DNA of 64,000 nucleotides from a virus: IMG/VR virus record IMGVR_UViG_3300005077_000017; one strand, given 5' to 3'. The notes below the pieces were generated by a model. The model worked only from the letters and a program-made list of their open reading frames with translations. It was not told the origin of the DNA and made no database searches. The translations under genes and the position numbers were made by a program. Positions 40,291 to 53,448 of this stretch are shown here, in pieces (position 1 is the first letter of the stretch; each line of letters begins with the position of its first letter).

Positions 40291-40703
40291 TGTCTTTACA
40301 ATTAAAAATTAAGAAAGACCTTACAGAAGCTTTATTAAACAAAGATGAATCTACAAAAAGTATTTTACGTGTATTAGTTGGGGAATTTGATCGACAACCA
40401 AAAAAAGAGTTATCTGACTCTGAAGTAATTAAGATAATAAAGAAGCTAGTAATGAACGCAGAGGAATGCTATAAGTACAAGCATGATGTACCAGGAGTAG
40501 AAGATAATACCTATATACAAGCCTTAAACCATTACTTACCACAAAAAGCCACAGAAGAAGAAATAATTGGATGGATTAAAAATAATATAGATTTTTCTAA
40601 ATTTAAAAACAAAATGGCAGCAATGAAACCTATAATGGATAACTTCCAAGGAAGGGTTGATGGCTCGAAAGTCAAAGAAATCCTGCAAAGTACCTTCTCT
40701 TAA
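40290..40703 (+). CDS. GatB/YqeY domain protein
   Basis: IKKDLTEALLNKD..TKSILR...LSDSEVIKII...YLPQ..TEEEI...MKPIM...GRVDG..V. Confidence 0.85.
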   Translation: MSLQLKIKKDLTEALLNKDESTKSILRVLVGEFDRQPKKELSDSEVIKIIKKLVMNAEECYKYKHDVPGVEDNTYIQALNHYLPQKATEEEIIGWIKNNIDFSKFKNKMAAMKPIMDNFQGRVDGSKVKEILQSTFS

Positions 40704-41003
40704 CAGATTAGCACATAAACTAATAAAAGCAAATTGGTTTTTATTCAGGCATTACGATTTACCAGGGGATGTAGAGATTGGAATATGGAGGAAAACACAA
40801 CCAAAAAAACATCCAAAATACTATATAAGATTCTATGATGATTTGATTGTATGGTCAGTTGGTTTAGAATTATTTAGAGTGAATAAAATATATTTTAATC
40901 ATCTCCCTTATCTGAATATAATTTGTGATTCGTTATATCCAAATAATAATATAAAAAGGTACTTGGATGAGAAGGATAAGTTTATTGAAGAGGTATTACT
41001 AGC

Positions 41004-41444
41004 ATGAGAGGTTATTTCGGTATTGGAATTTATAATCCAAAAAAAGAAGTAAACATTGGTACTCTATGGCGAAGTGCCTACTCGCTGGGCGCTTCCCATA
41101 TTTTTTCTATAGGAAATAGGTTGAAGCATCAATCCTCAGATACAGTAAAGGCTTGGAAACATATTCCTTATTTTAGATATAAAAATAGTGACGAATTTTT
41201 AAAATATGGAATTCCAAAAGACTGCCAATTAATAGGCATTGAGATACACAAAAAAGCTAAGCCTATTCATAATTTCGTGCATCCAGAAAGAGCTATTTAT
41301 ATTCTAGGTGCCGAAGACCACGGATTATCTAATGAGATAATTGACCATTGCCAATATCTAGTACAGCTACAAGGAATGTTGTGTTTAAATGTTGCAGTAT
41401 CTGGGTCTATTGTAATTCATGATAGAGTAGAAAAAGGAGGGTAA
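41004..41444 (+). CDS. TrmH/SpoU-family RNA 2'-O-methyltransferase
   Basis: NIGTLWRSAY, ILGAEDHGL, CLNVAVSG. Confidence 0.88.
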   Translation: MRGYFGIGIYNPKKEVNIGTLWRSAYSLGASHIFSIGNRLKHQSSDTVKAWKHIPYFRYKNSDEFLKYGIPKDCQLIGIEIHKKAKPIHNFVHPERAIYILGAEDHGLSNEIIDHCQYLVQLQGMLCLNVAVSGSIVIHDRVEKGG

Positions 41445-41608
41445 AAAGCTGGAATGAAACGAGAGGCACGAGAAGAAAAGCACAAAGCAAAAACACCTGA
41501 ACGAATTGGACCACTTGAACGTGCCTACAGAGAAATTAATCGACTTAAAAAAGAAAATGAAGAATTAAAAGAAAGGATTGCAGATCTTGAAATAGAGTAT
41601 GTTTACAG

Positions 41609-42894
41609 GTGGTAATGGCAAATTTCACTAACCAACAACCATGGATTGCTACTGAAAAAGATTGTGATGCGCCATGGAGTGGATATAAACATGGAAAACA
41701 TTTCAGATGTGGGTTATGCGGGTATAAATTCAAAGTTGGAGATACTGTAAGGTGGGTTTACGCAGGAAAGGTAAGGCATACTAATTTTCTTGTGTGTACA
41801 GAATGCGATGGAGAAGATGTATTAGAAAAGCGTCAAAAACAGTATGAAGAGTTCCAAGAATTAAAAGAAGGAAGATTCTGGGATTTCTTTGATGATGATA
41901 CAGACTTCATAGAAAAAGATCCTCATCCTACGTTTGAAGAATTCCTATCAGGTTTAGGAATGAAGCTATAGGAGGATTCAAATGCCTATTTCACTTATAG
42001 AAGAATGGGAAGACGAGCCATGCTGCCCAGTCTGTGGAGAAATTATTGAAGATCTTTATTTTATAGATGGTAAAAATGAATATGAATGTGATTGTGGCAC
42101 AGTTTTATTAATACTTAAACTAACAAGATTTTCATATAAGGTGATATCTTGCGCTTAACAAAGGAAGAAAAAATAAAATCATTTGAAGAACTATGCAAAC
42201 ATATAGATTGGGAATTATTAAAAAAACAAAAGAATACTTTGCTTAATACAATAAACAAATTAGAGCATCATAATAGTAAAGTAGATGATCTTGAAGGTAT
42301 TCTGAATTTAATAGATTCCATACAAGATTTAGCAGTAGATTATTATGAAATTCCAGAAGAGAAAGTATTTGGAAAAAATCTAAAAAGATAATACATAATA
42401 AAATGAACTCTTGAACTTACAAACATAACAAAAAAGACAATTATTTGAAAAGTTTTTATCTTTGTAGAGAGGGGACTATGAATATACAAAACAAAAAAGA
42501 CAATATACTTAAATATGCAAATAAAATTATTGCTGAAGTAAATCATATATTTGAAAATGGAAAACCAAATATTAAAGGTAATGACGAGTTACGGGAATTC
42601 CTTCATGAACTAAAGAATGTATGGAATGATGCACAAAGTGTAAAGTCAGTTATACTAAATAATGATACTTCAATTATACCGGAAGGAGTTTATTGCTATA
42701 ATCGTGTAGAAATATCTCAAGGAAAAACTAAATTATACTTATGTCCTTACTATTCTAAGCATTTATTATATGATGAACAAGAAAATGGATTCTGTTTGTA
42801 TTTAGACCAGGGCGATTGGGAAAATCCAGGAGCATTTGCTCTATTATGGGATCAATGTAAAGAATGCGGGATTAACGGCAAGGAGGAGAAATAA
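41609..42894 (+). CDS. run of hypothetical genes (41609-41971, Zn ribbon near 41982-42158, 42149-42391, 42445-42894)
   Basis: Cys-containing small ORFs; 42445-42894 resembles 48074-48538. Confidence 0.6.
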
Positions 42895-43181
42895 TGCTTA
42901 TATATAGCTTATTCATGAAAATTAAAAATTATTTTGATCTTAATAATAGAAAAATGGCACCATTACACCCAGGAGAAATACTAGCAGAGTTCTTTATGGC
43001 AAAAGAACTAAAAAGATTCTGTAACGAATATAGTATCGATTATAATGATATGGAATGCATTGTATTAGGAAGAAAACCTATTACAGAAGAGATTGCTGAT
43101 AGTATTTCTAAGCATTTTGGTACAAGCAAGGAAGTCTGGTTGGGACTTCAAGAAGATTACGATGAAGAAATAGGAGTATAG
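42894..43181 (+). CDS. higA: HigA-family (XRE HTH) antitoxin-like protein
   Basis: PLHPGEIL.EF...GRKPITEEIA..ISKHFGTS.EVWLGLQEDYD; start may be further downstream. Confidence 0.8.
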   Translation: MLIYSLFMKIKNYFDLNNRKMAPLHPGEILAEFFMAKELKRFCNEYSIDYNDMECIVLGRKPITEEIADSISKHFGTSKEVWLGLQEDYDEEIGV

Positions 43182-43188
43182 GATAAAA

Positions 43189-44376
43189 ATGAGAATGAAA
43201 TCAAGATACCCAAAATACAAAAAAGAAATAGAGCAGGATGTTGATAAAATAAAATTGTATAAGTATTTAATACGAGGTGGTTTGATTGAAGTAACAGCAG
43301 TTGCTGCTAAATACGGAACAGTTCTAGAATCAGAATATGATATGTACTCAAAAGCAACATTTTATTGTAGTTTAAGTAAATTCATAAAGTATAATGAGTA
43401 CGGGTTTCGTAAAACACCAGAAGAAGCTATTGAGTTTGTTATTTCAAAATATAAGACAATAATTGATAAGAGTACCAAATGCTTAGAGAAAGCACAAACC
43501 GCTCTAAAAGATATAACAAAATCCATCTAAGCTCAACATAAAACACAAAAGGTATAAAATGCAAGCATACAACGTAAAATTCAAATGCCCGGATTGTGGC
43601 TGTGATATGTTAGTAATGGAGGAATTGGGAAATTTAAATGCTTATTACAATTTACATACCGTTGTAAAAGATGATTGGGGATTTTCACCAGACGATTATA
43701 CCTTAATAGATGAAAGTTCAGAAGTAACAGATGTAATTTATGAATGTGATGAGTGTAGAAGAGAATTTAGTTTGACAGAGTTATTTCTTTCTAATATGTT
43801 AGAAGAGATTTCAAATGACTAAAGTATTTTGTAATGACTGTGGGCATGAACTAGATACAGCTCTATTCAAGTCTGATGAAGAATCCATTACTGTATACCC
43901 ATGTGAATATTGTGTAGACTCCGCATATGATAAGGGTTATGATGAAGGGCGTGATGAAGGCTATCAAGAAGGTAAAGATGAAGGATATGAAGACGGGTAT
44001 GATCTAGGGTATGACGAAGCTAAAAACAGTAATGATAAGAACAACGAAGATGAATATAATAGTGGGTATGAAGATGGAAAAAAGGATGCACTAGCTGAAA
44101 TAGCAACAGACTACTATAATAAAGGATTTGAAGATGGAATGTTAAGGGATTAATGGAGGTAGTCATATGCTGTATAGATGTTTTAAATGTGAATGGATAG
44201 GAGAAGAAAGTGATTTGATTCCATTAGAAGGATATGAAAATTGTTTAGATTGTAGTTTATGCCCAAAATGTAATTTTTCAGTGCAATCTAAAAAAGAGCT
44301 AGAAGAATCAATTGAGTACAGTATATCAGAGCTTAACCGCATTAAGGAGTACGAAGACAGGAATTACAAAAAATGA
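43189..44376 (+). CDS. four small hypothetical genes (43189-43530, 43559-43822, 43815-44153 with GYxEG repeats, 44167-44376)
   Basis: Coupled ORFs; CxxC motifs; GYDEGRDEGYQEGKDEGYEDG repeat. Confidence 0.65.
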
Positions 44377-46589
44377 ATGAACTAAATGTGCAAGAGTGGT
44401 TAGAAAATAGAACAGTTTACTTATGTATAGCTGGGTCACACGCCTATGGGATGAATACTGAAGAAAGTGACCACGATATTCGCGGTGCTTGTATCGCACC
44501 TCAAAGATATTACTATGGGTTAGAGCAGTTTGAACAATCAGATAAAAAAGGTAATTTAAACTATTACAACACTATTCTAAAGCAAGAAAATTACGTGAAG
44601 CCTGAACTTGTAGTTTGGGATTTACGTAAGTTTGTTCATTTAGCATCTAAAGGTAATCCTAATATGATTGAATTATTATTTTTAGATCCAAAATTTTATA
44701 TTTATGTGCATCCAATATTTCAAAAGATTTTGGATAATAGAGAATGGTTTTTAAGTAAAAAATTGAGATATCGTTTTGGGGGTTATGCTAATAATCAACT
44801 AAAACGTATGCGTAATCATTATCGTTGGCTACACAGTCCTCCCACACATCAGCCCACCAGAAATGAGTTCGGAATTCAATTAGGTAAATACAAACTTCCC
44901 GAAGATCAACTACAAGCTGCCAGAACTATAATCCAACGTCTTGTAGATTCTTGGCTTGTAGATGAAACAGAGTTAGACCCTGATTTAAGAATACAATTAG
45001 GTTATGATATGAAACAGTTAATTGAGATAGTTTGTACTGAACTTAAAATTAAACATGAAGAAATACATATAAAAGATGAATTGTATTTTGCTGCTGTTAA
45101 ACAATTAGGATTTCAGAGTAACTTTATGGAATATCTACATAGAGAAAAAGCATATCACATTGCTTTAGATAACTGGAATCATTATCAAAAGTGGTTAAAA
45201 GACCGTAATCCAAAAAGAGCAGCCCTAGAAGCAAAATTTGGATTTGATTGCTATTTAGATGACACAGAGTTTTTAACAGAAAAAGGATGGAAATTTTATG
45301 ATGAGGTATCTCAAGCAGATAAATTAGCTACATTTAATCAAGATACAGAACAGATAGAGTTTCAACAATGTAACAACCGTTTTGAAACAACCTATTCAGG
45401 TGAATTATTAGATGTTAAGTCAATGCATAGTAACTTTACCATTACATTGAATCATAAAATGTTAGTATCTGATTGCCATCGTTCTTTAAAAAACAATCTT
45501 TCCACAGAGTATACAAAAGAGAAAGCAAATTGGAGACTTGAAGAAGCACTATCTCTTATACATAACCATAGAACGTTCTATCACATAAGGGTTTCCGGCC
45601 AAAATAAAGCAGATTATCCGATAAGTGACACTCTCCTCTTATTCATAGGACTATATTTGTCTGAAGGTTCTTTTCATTTCCGTAATAATAATAAGTCAAC
45701 ATCCCTACGCATTTCTCAACACCCATACAGTAATGTAATACCTATCTTAGATGATTTACAAAAGTTAATTCCAAATATGAGAAAATACTATTATGAATAT
45801 AGAAGAAAAAATGGAACTTTGAGAAAAGAAGTCATTTATACTGTAGTAGATCCTTTATTCACAAATTATATAGTAAAGGAGTGTGGGTATAAAGAAAAAA
45901 AAAGATTACCTTCTTTTGTAGTTAATTTATCGACGAGACAAGCTAGATTACTATTGATTGCTATGCTGCTGGGAGATGGAACCAAAATAAAGAGTGGGGG
46001 TATTTATTATACTAAATCAAAACAACTAGCTGACGATATACAAAAAATGGGAGTATGCTGTGGGATAAAGACCACAATTCGAGGTCCTTATTATTATAAA
46101 AGACCTGCTAATTACGAATTTGGAAGTTGTCCAATGTATCAAGTTCATATATTAGATGGAAATGAAATTAGTTATATAAATAAAATCAAGCATTTTCATA
46201 TAAAGAATTACAATAATGTTAGAGTGGTTTGTTTTGATGTGCCAAATTCTATTTTAGTTACAAGAAGAAAAGGAAAAATAGCTATTCAAGGAAATTCAAA
46301 GCATGGTTCACACCTATATCGGCTTCTAGACACATGTATTGACTTTTTTGAAACTGGACAAATGAATGTAACTAGACCTAACGCTGACTATTTGAAAGCC
46401 ATCAGAGAAGAAGGTGTTCTTACGTATGAGGAGATAATTGAGTGGGCAGAACAAGCTCAAAAGAAACTAGATGAATTAGTAGCGGCATCCACACTTCGTA
46501 AAGACCCAAAGAAAGCAGAAATTAGTGAACTATTGACTGCATGTATTGATGAATATATGTATTTTTTCCCAAATGGAAATATCTTGTAA
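44373..46589 (+). CDS. DNA polymerase beta superfamily nucleotidyltransferase (RlaP/YcgL-like) interrupted by an intein
   Basis: GSHAYG..TEESDHDIRG, WDLRKF, GNPNMIELLF, GFD|..|SKHGSHLYRLL. Confidence 0.85.
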   Translation: MNELNVQEWLENRTVYLCIAGSHAYGMNTEESDHDIRGACIAPQRYYYGLEQFEQSDKKGNLNYYNTILKQENYVKPELVVWDLRKFVHLASKGNPNMIELLFLDPKFYIYVHPIFQKILDNREWFLSKKLRYRFGGYANNQLKRMRNHYRWLHSPPTHQPTRNEFGIQLGKYKLPEDQLQAARTIIQRLVDSWLVDETELDPDLRIQLGYDMKQLIEIVCTELKIKHEEIHIKDELYFAAVKQLGFQSNFMEYLHREKAYHIALDNWNHYQKWLKDRNPKRAALEAKFGFDCYLDDTEFLTEKGWKFYDEVSQADKLATFNQDTEQIEFQQCNNRFETTYSGELLDVKSMHSNFTITLNHKMLVSDCHRSLKNNLSTEYTKEKANWRLEEALSLIHNHRTFYHIRVSGQNKADYPISDTLLLFIGLYLSEGSFHFRNNNKSTSLRISQHPYSNVIPILDDLQKLIPNMRKYYYEYRRKNGTLRKEVIYTVVDPLFTNYIVKECGYKEKKRLPSFVVNLSTRQARLLLIAMLLGDGTKIKSGGIYYTKSKQLADDIQKMGVCCGIKTTIRGPYYYKRPANYEFGSCPMYQVHILDGNEISYINKIKHFHIKNYNNVRVVCFDVPNSILVTRRKGKIAIQGNSKHGSHLYRLLDTCIDFFETGQMNVTRPNADYLKAIREEGVLTYEEIIEWAEQAQKKLDELVAASTLRKDPKKAEISELLTACIDEYMYFFPNGNIL
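45249..46295 (+). mobile_element. intein (349 aa) with LAGLIDADG endonuclease
   Basis: GFD|CYLDDTEFLT...ITLNHKM...FIGLYLSEG...MLLGDG...VVCFDVPN...IQGN|S; penultimate Gly. Confidence 0.9.
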
Positions 46590-46600
46590 AAGGAGAAACT

Positions 46601-48538
46601 ATGAAATTATACTCATATTCACCCCACACTACACCAAAAATAAAAGAAATCGAACTTGTACGAGTTGATTTTTTACCTGAGGGTATGTACGAAGTAAATA
46701 TCTATAGAGGTTTCAAATCATATGCAACTCTAGAAACATTGCTAAAAGATCCACAATATGCTAAATCACCTAAAGAAGCAATAGAAAAACATATAGAAAT
46801 ACAAAAAAGTATTATCCAACGAGAACAAAAATGTCTTGAGTTAGCTTTAAAAGACTTAGAGGAGATGAAAGAATAATGGAAATCATACTAGTAATAGCAA
46901 TTCTTATATGTTTGTTTTGTATTGTTTATGCTCTAGAGGAAATATATGGTTATGAATTGATAGTGGTTGTACTATTATGTTTGATAGTTATGTTAGTGTC
47001 TGGGTGGGGAATCTATAAGTTATTGAGTCAAGACTATGAAATCAAAACTTATAATCCTATAATTAGTAATACAGCCAGTAACTATGTTTTCTATAAGCCT
47101 TTAGTAATAAAACACGTAGAAAAGTATAAACCTTGGTCTATAATGAGAGAGCATATATTTTATGTGGAGGAACCACAGTAAGTGGAGATAATAGGAGGGT
47201 TTTTACTATGCACGATTACTCTGCTTGGTTTCTGTTGGATAATGGATTACTATGATTTTCCTTATCGTATACCTTGGACTAGAATAGGTATAGTTATAGT
47301 AAGCATAATAGCAGTAAGCATGATATGGTATGTTTATAAAATTGAGAATTAATAATATCTTAATGCTTTTTTGTTAATTTGGAAAAAAATTCTAAAACTC
47401 AAAAATTTAAAATAATATAAGAATATCCAAACGTTGGAATCCTATCGTTAACTTTTTTATACATCAGAAAAAAAATGAAGGAAAGGGCTTATGACTAAAT
47501 TCCCCGACATTAGGATAGCGCATGTACCAGAAACTTTGGAACAATTAAATAGTAATTTATTTTCAATATGGGATGCTTATGAATACTTAGTAGATAATGA
47601 GGTTTTGCCCATATTCAAAAAAGTATTTAAGTCTGAGGATCTTCGTTCATCCATAACAAGAATTTCACCCTATATTGGTTTACGATTAAAAATAGAGTAT
47701 ACACTACATAGATCTTGGAACTTTGGAGATATTAAGATAAGTTATATTTTGAAGGATAATCAATCTACTGTAATTATACCAGATAATGAAGTGTATGTAG
47801 ATTGGACTTCACATTATCAAAAAGAAATGGGGAGTCGCTTAGGACACGATTTCAATCACGTAAGAGCAAATTACCCAACTTGGGAAGAATTTATTAAAGA
47901 TTTACCAAAATTAGCAAAGAGAATTATGAGGAGACACTTGTATTTTAAAAAGGTATATGAAGCAACAGATAAGAAAATAATGAATTTTTTATATAAGGGT
48001 AAACTCTAATGTGGATGCTATGGTGGCTTGTAATGATTATTTTATTGATAATTGTAATAGTAGAATATAAAAGATGAATAATTCCAAATATTGTCCCAAA
48101 TGTAAAAAGAAAGTTACTCCTAGTCTTAGATTAGAATGTTATAATAGTGATTACGATATTGAAATATATTGTCCTTTTTGTTATTATCATTTTTATGATT
48201 ATGTAGGAGTTATTAATAATAGAGCCTTAGACCCAAAAAGATTTGGGCATCTTGCCAACATTCACATACCAAAAGGAGATTCATGTGGTAATCCTGTAGA
48301 TCTGGTTCTGCGTATAGATACGGATGAAAATAAAGGAGAGGAGTTATGTACACTGAGGGTATACAAGAAATGTCCTTACTGGGAATTCAGAATTAAGGAC
48401 AAAAAAAGATTTAAGAAAAAATACATTGGTGAAGTATTCAATCATGAAATAGCAACTGCTTATTGTAATTTCCTTGGTAAAGAAGACACATGTGGGATCT
48501 TGTGGGACGGAATAAAAATATGTGGAGTCAATACATGA
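46601..48538 (+). CDS. run of hypothetical genes (46601-46876, 46876-47181, membrane ORF 47182-47352, 47491-48009, 48074-48538)
   Basis: Contiguous ORFs; AT-rich gap at 47353-47490 may hold a promoter. Confidence 0.6.
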
Positions 48539-48927
48539 TTTTATTCATATATGGCTCCCTAATGACCAATGGAAAATATAGTAAATTGTTTCCTTTTAAA
48601 AATAGAGAGAAAGCCTACATTAAAAATGCCAAGTTGTACATTAGAAAAGATAGATTTCCTATCCCCACTATTTTGTCAACCACTGATAAAAAAGATATTG
48701 TTGTTGGCGAAGTAGTGCGGGTAAACAATTATATAGGATGGCTAGTCCTATTACTACTAGACTTATTTGAATTTAAATATACTAGATTACGTACAACTAT
48801 ATGGGATTACTATGGAGAAAAGATTACTGCTGGATGGGTTTATGTGTTAAAGAAGACTTATATAAAAGATAATTTATTTCCTGCCAGATTTTCATCGTAT
48901 AATACGTATTTAACGTATTTAAAATGA
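48535..48927 (+). CDS. second gamma-glutamylcyclotransferase-like protein
   Basis: ATGA-coupled start; LFIYGSLM, VVGEV, LLDLFE, GWVY. Confidence 0.7.
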   Translation: MILFIYGSLMTNGKYSKLFPFKNREKAYIKNAKLYIRKDRFPIPTILSTTDKKDIVVGEVVRVNNYIGWLVLLLLDLFEFKYTRLRTTIWDYYGEKITAGWVYVLKKTYIKDNLFPARFSSYNTYLTYLK

Positions 48928-49153
48928 GTACAGAATAGGATTGAAGAGGAATAAATGCTTATTTTAGAAGAGTTAGACCACGAAATAGAAAAGCTTAATA
49001 AGCATTACTTAAATAGAACACAAGAAGAATATATGAAGGAAAAAGATCGGAGAGGAGTAATGATGTTCGAATGTATACTAAAGTCATTAAAAAGTATACA
49101 TGAAAAGTTTACTAATTTAGAAGATAGAATCGAAAATTTGGAGGATAAATTGT

Positions 49154-49555
49154 ATGGAGACGATTGGAGAGATTGACCCACCGCTGACGAAATATGATTT
49201 GAAAGCAATCAATATTGCTATAAAATGTGCAGAAGAAAGCACCATGAGACATAAGCATGGAGCATGTAGTTTCAATCATAATAGGGTATATGGAACAGGA
49301 TTTAATAAAAATAAAACTCATCCTAAAGCAGATGGATACTATAAGATACCGCATGTACATGCTGAGCTAGACTGTGTACTTAAAAGTGGAACTATTCCAA
49401 AAGGAAGCAGTATAGCAGTTGCTCGCGTCAATAAAAGAACCAAAGCATTGCTTCTATCTAAGCCTTGTGAAGGATGCATGCAATTGCTACGAGATAAAAA
49501 AATAAAATATGTAATATACACTACGAACGGAGGCATATGTAAAGTAAAAATATGA
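49154..49555 (+). CDS. Zn-dependent cytidine/dCMP deaminase-like protein
   Basis: KHGA, GFN, HAELD, KPCEGC. Confidence 0.85.
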   Translation: METIGEIDPPLTKYDLKAINIAIKCAEESTMRHKHGACSFNHNRVYGTGFNKNKTHPKADGYYKIPHVHAELDCVLKSGTIPKGSSIAVARVNKRTKALLLSKPCEGCMQLLRDKKIKYVIYTTNGGICKVKI

Positions 49556-52500
49556 AACCAACAAGAGACCAAGTAGTATCACGCTATCATCAATTCCTTA
49601 CTATATATAAAGAAGTTACTGGAGAGAGTAAACCTACTCTTCCACAAAGAGAATTTATTGATCAAATGGCAGAATTATATGAATCCCAGAAATTAATCAT
49701 AGATTTTTATAGAAAAGAATTGGTAGAAGTATTTGAGGATTTGAGGAAATTAAATGAAAAGTGTGACGCACACAATAAGGGCTTACCTAACCCATAGTAA
49801 AAATTTTGTATACTTGAAACAATGTACTGAAGAAGATATCCGCTTCGCTAAAACAGAAAGAGACAAAGAATTCTATCGAGAATTACTAAAAGAATTAATA
49901 AAATTAGAAATAGAATATTTACAACGAGGTCATAAAGCATTAGCAGACTACACCAAAAGAACTCTGAAAATTGATTATCCTAACTGGGATAAAGAATAAG
50001 GAGGCCGTGTGAACGAAATTAATAAAGTAATTAATTGGATTAAAAGTATCCCACTTGATGATTGGGTTAAAGATGAAAGAGTATACAGTAAGCGTTACAT
50101 ATACGAATGGGAAGATAAATGGGTAGTTTTAGCACTAAGAAAATGGAATCAACTTAATGATACTTACTATCGTTACGAGGTGCACAATAACGATGGTGAG
50201 ATATTATACTCTTTCGAAAGTCCAAGACCTCCTGAAATTAAAGAATTATTTAATGATATAGATAATCATATGAAAAAAAAAGAAACAAATAGATTATCTG
50301 AATTAAGAACTCGATTTATAAATGAGGTGATAGATGAACAGCATGCCTGACCTTGAATTCAAAAACTCAATGGCTTGGAAGAAGTTTGGAACAGTGTTCA
50401 TTATGATTAATTATGAGAAAGAAGGAGTTGTTCTTCGTACTATAGATAAAAAGAATAATGGAAAAGAGTATGCATATCTTGGACAATCAAAAAAGGATGA
50501 GTTGTTTAATGCTTTTAGAGAAAGACAATTACCTGAATGGCCGACCAATTGGAAAGAAAAAGAGCTATTTGAGGTGATGGAAGCATGAAAAAAAAGAGGT
50601 GATGGAAGCATGAAAAAAAAAGAAGTTAATTACAAAAAGAAATTAAAAACTCTAATAGAACTTTTATATGATTATGATTTTCTTTCTCCTATTATGGCAA
50701 CACTACGACTACAGATTTTTAAAAATACCGAAGAAGAACAACGTTGGTTGGAATTAGATGGAGATTCGGCATTTAAATATTGTATATTTAGGCATAAAGA
50801 AGGTGGAGAGAATGAAACACACCATCTATTTGGGTTTGATAATTTAGAATTAAAATCCCCCTTCACGTATAAAGAAGTGTATGAATCAGTATTGAAAAGA
50901 TTAGATGAAGAAATAGAATACGACAATAACGAAAGGAAGATTTTTAATAAAAGTATTAAAGAGTTATCAAAAAAGAAAAGAAATAAACATGCCTATAATT
51001 GAATTCAGTTCAGAACAAAAAAATAGGTTACACAATTTCTTAATCAAACGTTTAGATCCTAGGTATTGGCATGCGATGACAGGAAAAGCATTCAAATATG
51101 AAATAACACTATTTGACTACATCTCTATCAAAATCCATGGAACTAAAGACGGCCAATACGGAAATTTAAAGCTAACATCAATGATGAACGGGCACGAGTA
51201 CACTATTATTTCTTTTACTACCCCAGAGACAAGGGTATTATATAATCAAGTAAGAAACCATTATCAGAACAAAAGAGAAAGGGATCTTAATAGAATAAAA
51301 ACAAAAATATTAGAAAAAGTAAATAAAGGCATATATGAGCGTGACTAGTTAGGAGATTAAAATAAGCAAAATGTTAGATAGAATTTTAACACCAATAATG
51401 AGTCCTTTAAGTGAAGCAATCAGGTATATATACCTGACTATATTCTGTGGGAGAGATGAAAGAAAGTATATAATCCATAGGCTATCAGAAGTATTCTGGA
51501 ATGTTGGAGAAGTTGTGGGATTAATATTATACTTCTTCTTTGTAGGGAAACTTATATGTTATGTAGCTTCTTACATTATAGCCTTTAATGGGTGTGATTC
51601 CTATGTATCAGCAGTAATAGCAGTGTATCTATTCTATAGGTATTTTAAACATGTTGAAGAGTCAGAAAAATAATAAATATAAAAAAGAAAATGCAGATAA
51701 AATTAAAACCGCTTTGGAGTTTCTAGATGCTTCAACAAATCCATTTTAGGGCTCTTGCTCTTAGGAGGAAGGATGCTATGTTACAAAAAGTGTTGAATGA
51801 CATTGATTCTCTGGAACACACACCAGATTCTATTTTTGATTTTCTTATGTTAATCGTAGATGAAATGGAACAAGAAAAAATTACTTTGGAAAAAGAACTT
51901 GCAGTTGCTGGTAATCTGTATACAACACACCCTATGCCTGTGGCAATACAATGAACGAACCTCACACAATCCCCACTAAAAAAGTTTATGCATTAGATTA
52001 CGTTATAAATAGACCTCACATGGTATTAAGCACTTATGATATGCTACAAATATTAGCAAAGGCACAAGGGAAGACAGATATTCATTATTTATCTGATTTA
52101 TTAAACATAGAAATTGACACTGCATACAGATACAAAAGAGAAATGAAGGCATATGGAAAATACACCAAAACATGTGCATGGCGTATTGATGAGACATGGA
52201 AGGCCTTTTGTTCAGGAGCCTATCGTAACATATTTAAAGATAAAATTAAGCAATACTGTAAAGAAAAATTAAATATGGAAATAGTAGACACGATTACGGA
52301 GGAAAAAATGAAAGTGAATTCAAAATTAGAAAATCAAATGAAAGTGCTAAGCAGCATGGGTAAACTTGAAATATGTTTTAGTAATATTAATAATACCTTT
52401 GTGCTATACTATAAACATCATAATGGTGCTATTATCACAGCAAGAGAGGATTCGACTTTAAGTATTATTTTAGATGAATTAGCTATTAAAGTAAAAGACA

Positions 52501-53448
52501 GTCTTATAAATCTCAGAAATAAGACCAAGAATGATTTAGATAAGATGAATCAAGATGTAGATGCTATTTTAGAGGTATGTGATGAATAAACAATTGATAG
52601 GAGATATGTTAGTAGCATTATTATCATTAGGAAATCTAGAAATAACTAGTCGTGAAGTGAAGTTTACATTTCTTATGCCTAATTATATGGATAAGATATT
52701 TACAGAACAATCTGCTTATTTAGATAAAAACCTATTAAATATATTTACCAAAGTGAAAGAGGTAATGAATATCAGAGCCAATTGTGCTAGGGGAACTTTT
52801 GAACAGATTGAAAAAGATTTAAAATTACTAGAAAAAGTAAAGATAGAGGAAAGTATTCATGACTGAGCAAGAACTGAAACAAAAAGTATTTGAAGCTTTG
52901 GATAATCCCAAATATAAATGGAGAACCATAGGAGGTATTTCTAGAGAAACTGGTATTGCTTTTGAAACTGTTTATTATACTGTGTATAAATATAGAGATG
53001 AGGTTGTTGGGAGTGCAGTATCGTCTGATACCAATGAACCTTTGTTTACAACTAGAGAAAATTGGTTTCGTCATGCTACTTGGCTTGATAAAATACGAGC
53101 TGGATTTAGGAATTCTTTAGGATGAGTAAACAAGATAATCAATTTGAAGATGTTTTTAATAGGTTTTTAAAGAAATATATGGATATAGGTGTATTAGATT
53201 ATGTGAACATAATTTATGATATAAATGGTATTGCAAAATTGAAAATATATTTTAATAGGTATGTTATAGATAAAGAACCAAGAGTATACGATTTAACTTA
53301 TACAGACAATAAAGAACTCATAACCGATATTAACGCTGATATAGAAGCAGATTTAGAACAAACATCGTATAGTATTAATAATAGAAAAGATAGAATAGAA
53401 TTTTGTAAACAAAAAGCAGAAGAAATAAGAAGGACTTTGGAGATTTAA
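49552..53448 (+). CDS. long run of small hypothetical genes (49552 to 53448, about 13 ORFs)
   Basis: Coupled + strand ORFs in the ORF track; no family recognised. Confidence 0.6.
50571..50620 (+). repeat. 25-bp tandem duplication of a translation start region
   Basis: GAGGTGATGGAAGCATGAAAAAAAA twice; first ATG gives MKKKR*, second starts 50610-51002. Confidence 0.85.

Noticed and set aside
43920-44100. GYDEG/GYEDG repeats
   Set aside because: Common low-complexity GxxxG repeat in phage proteins; degenerate at DNA level
50571-50620. 25-bp tandem repeat as a regulatory switch or CRISPR-like repeat
   Set aside because: Two adjacent copies with no spacer; changing the A-run does not alter the downstream ORF; likely a slippage duplication or assembly artefact
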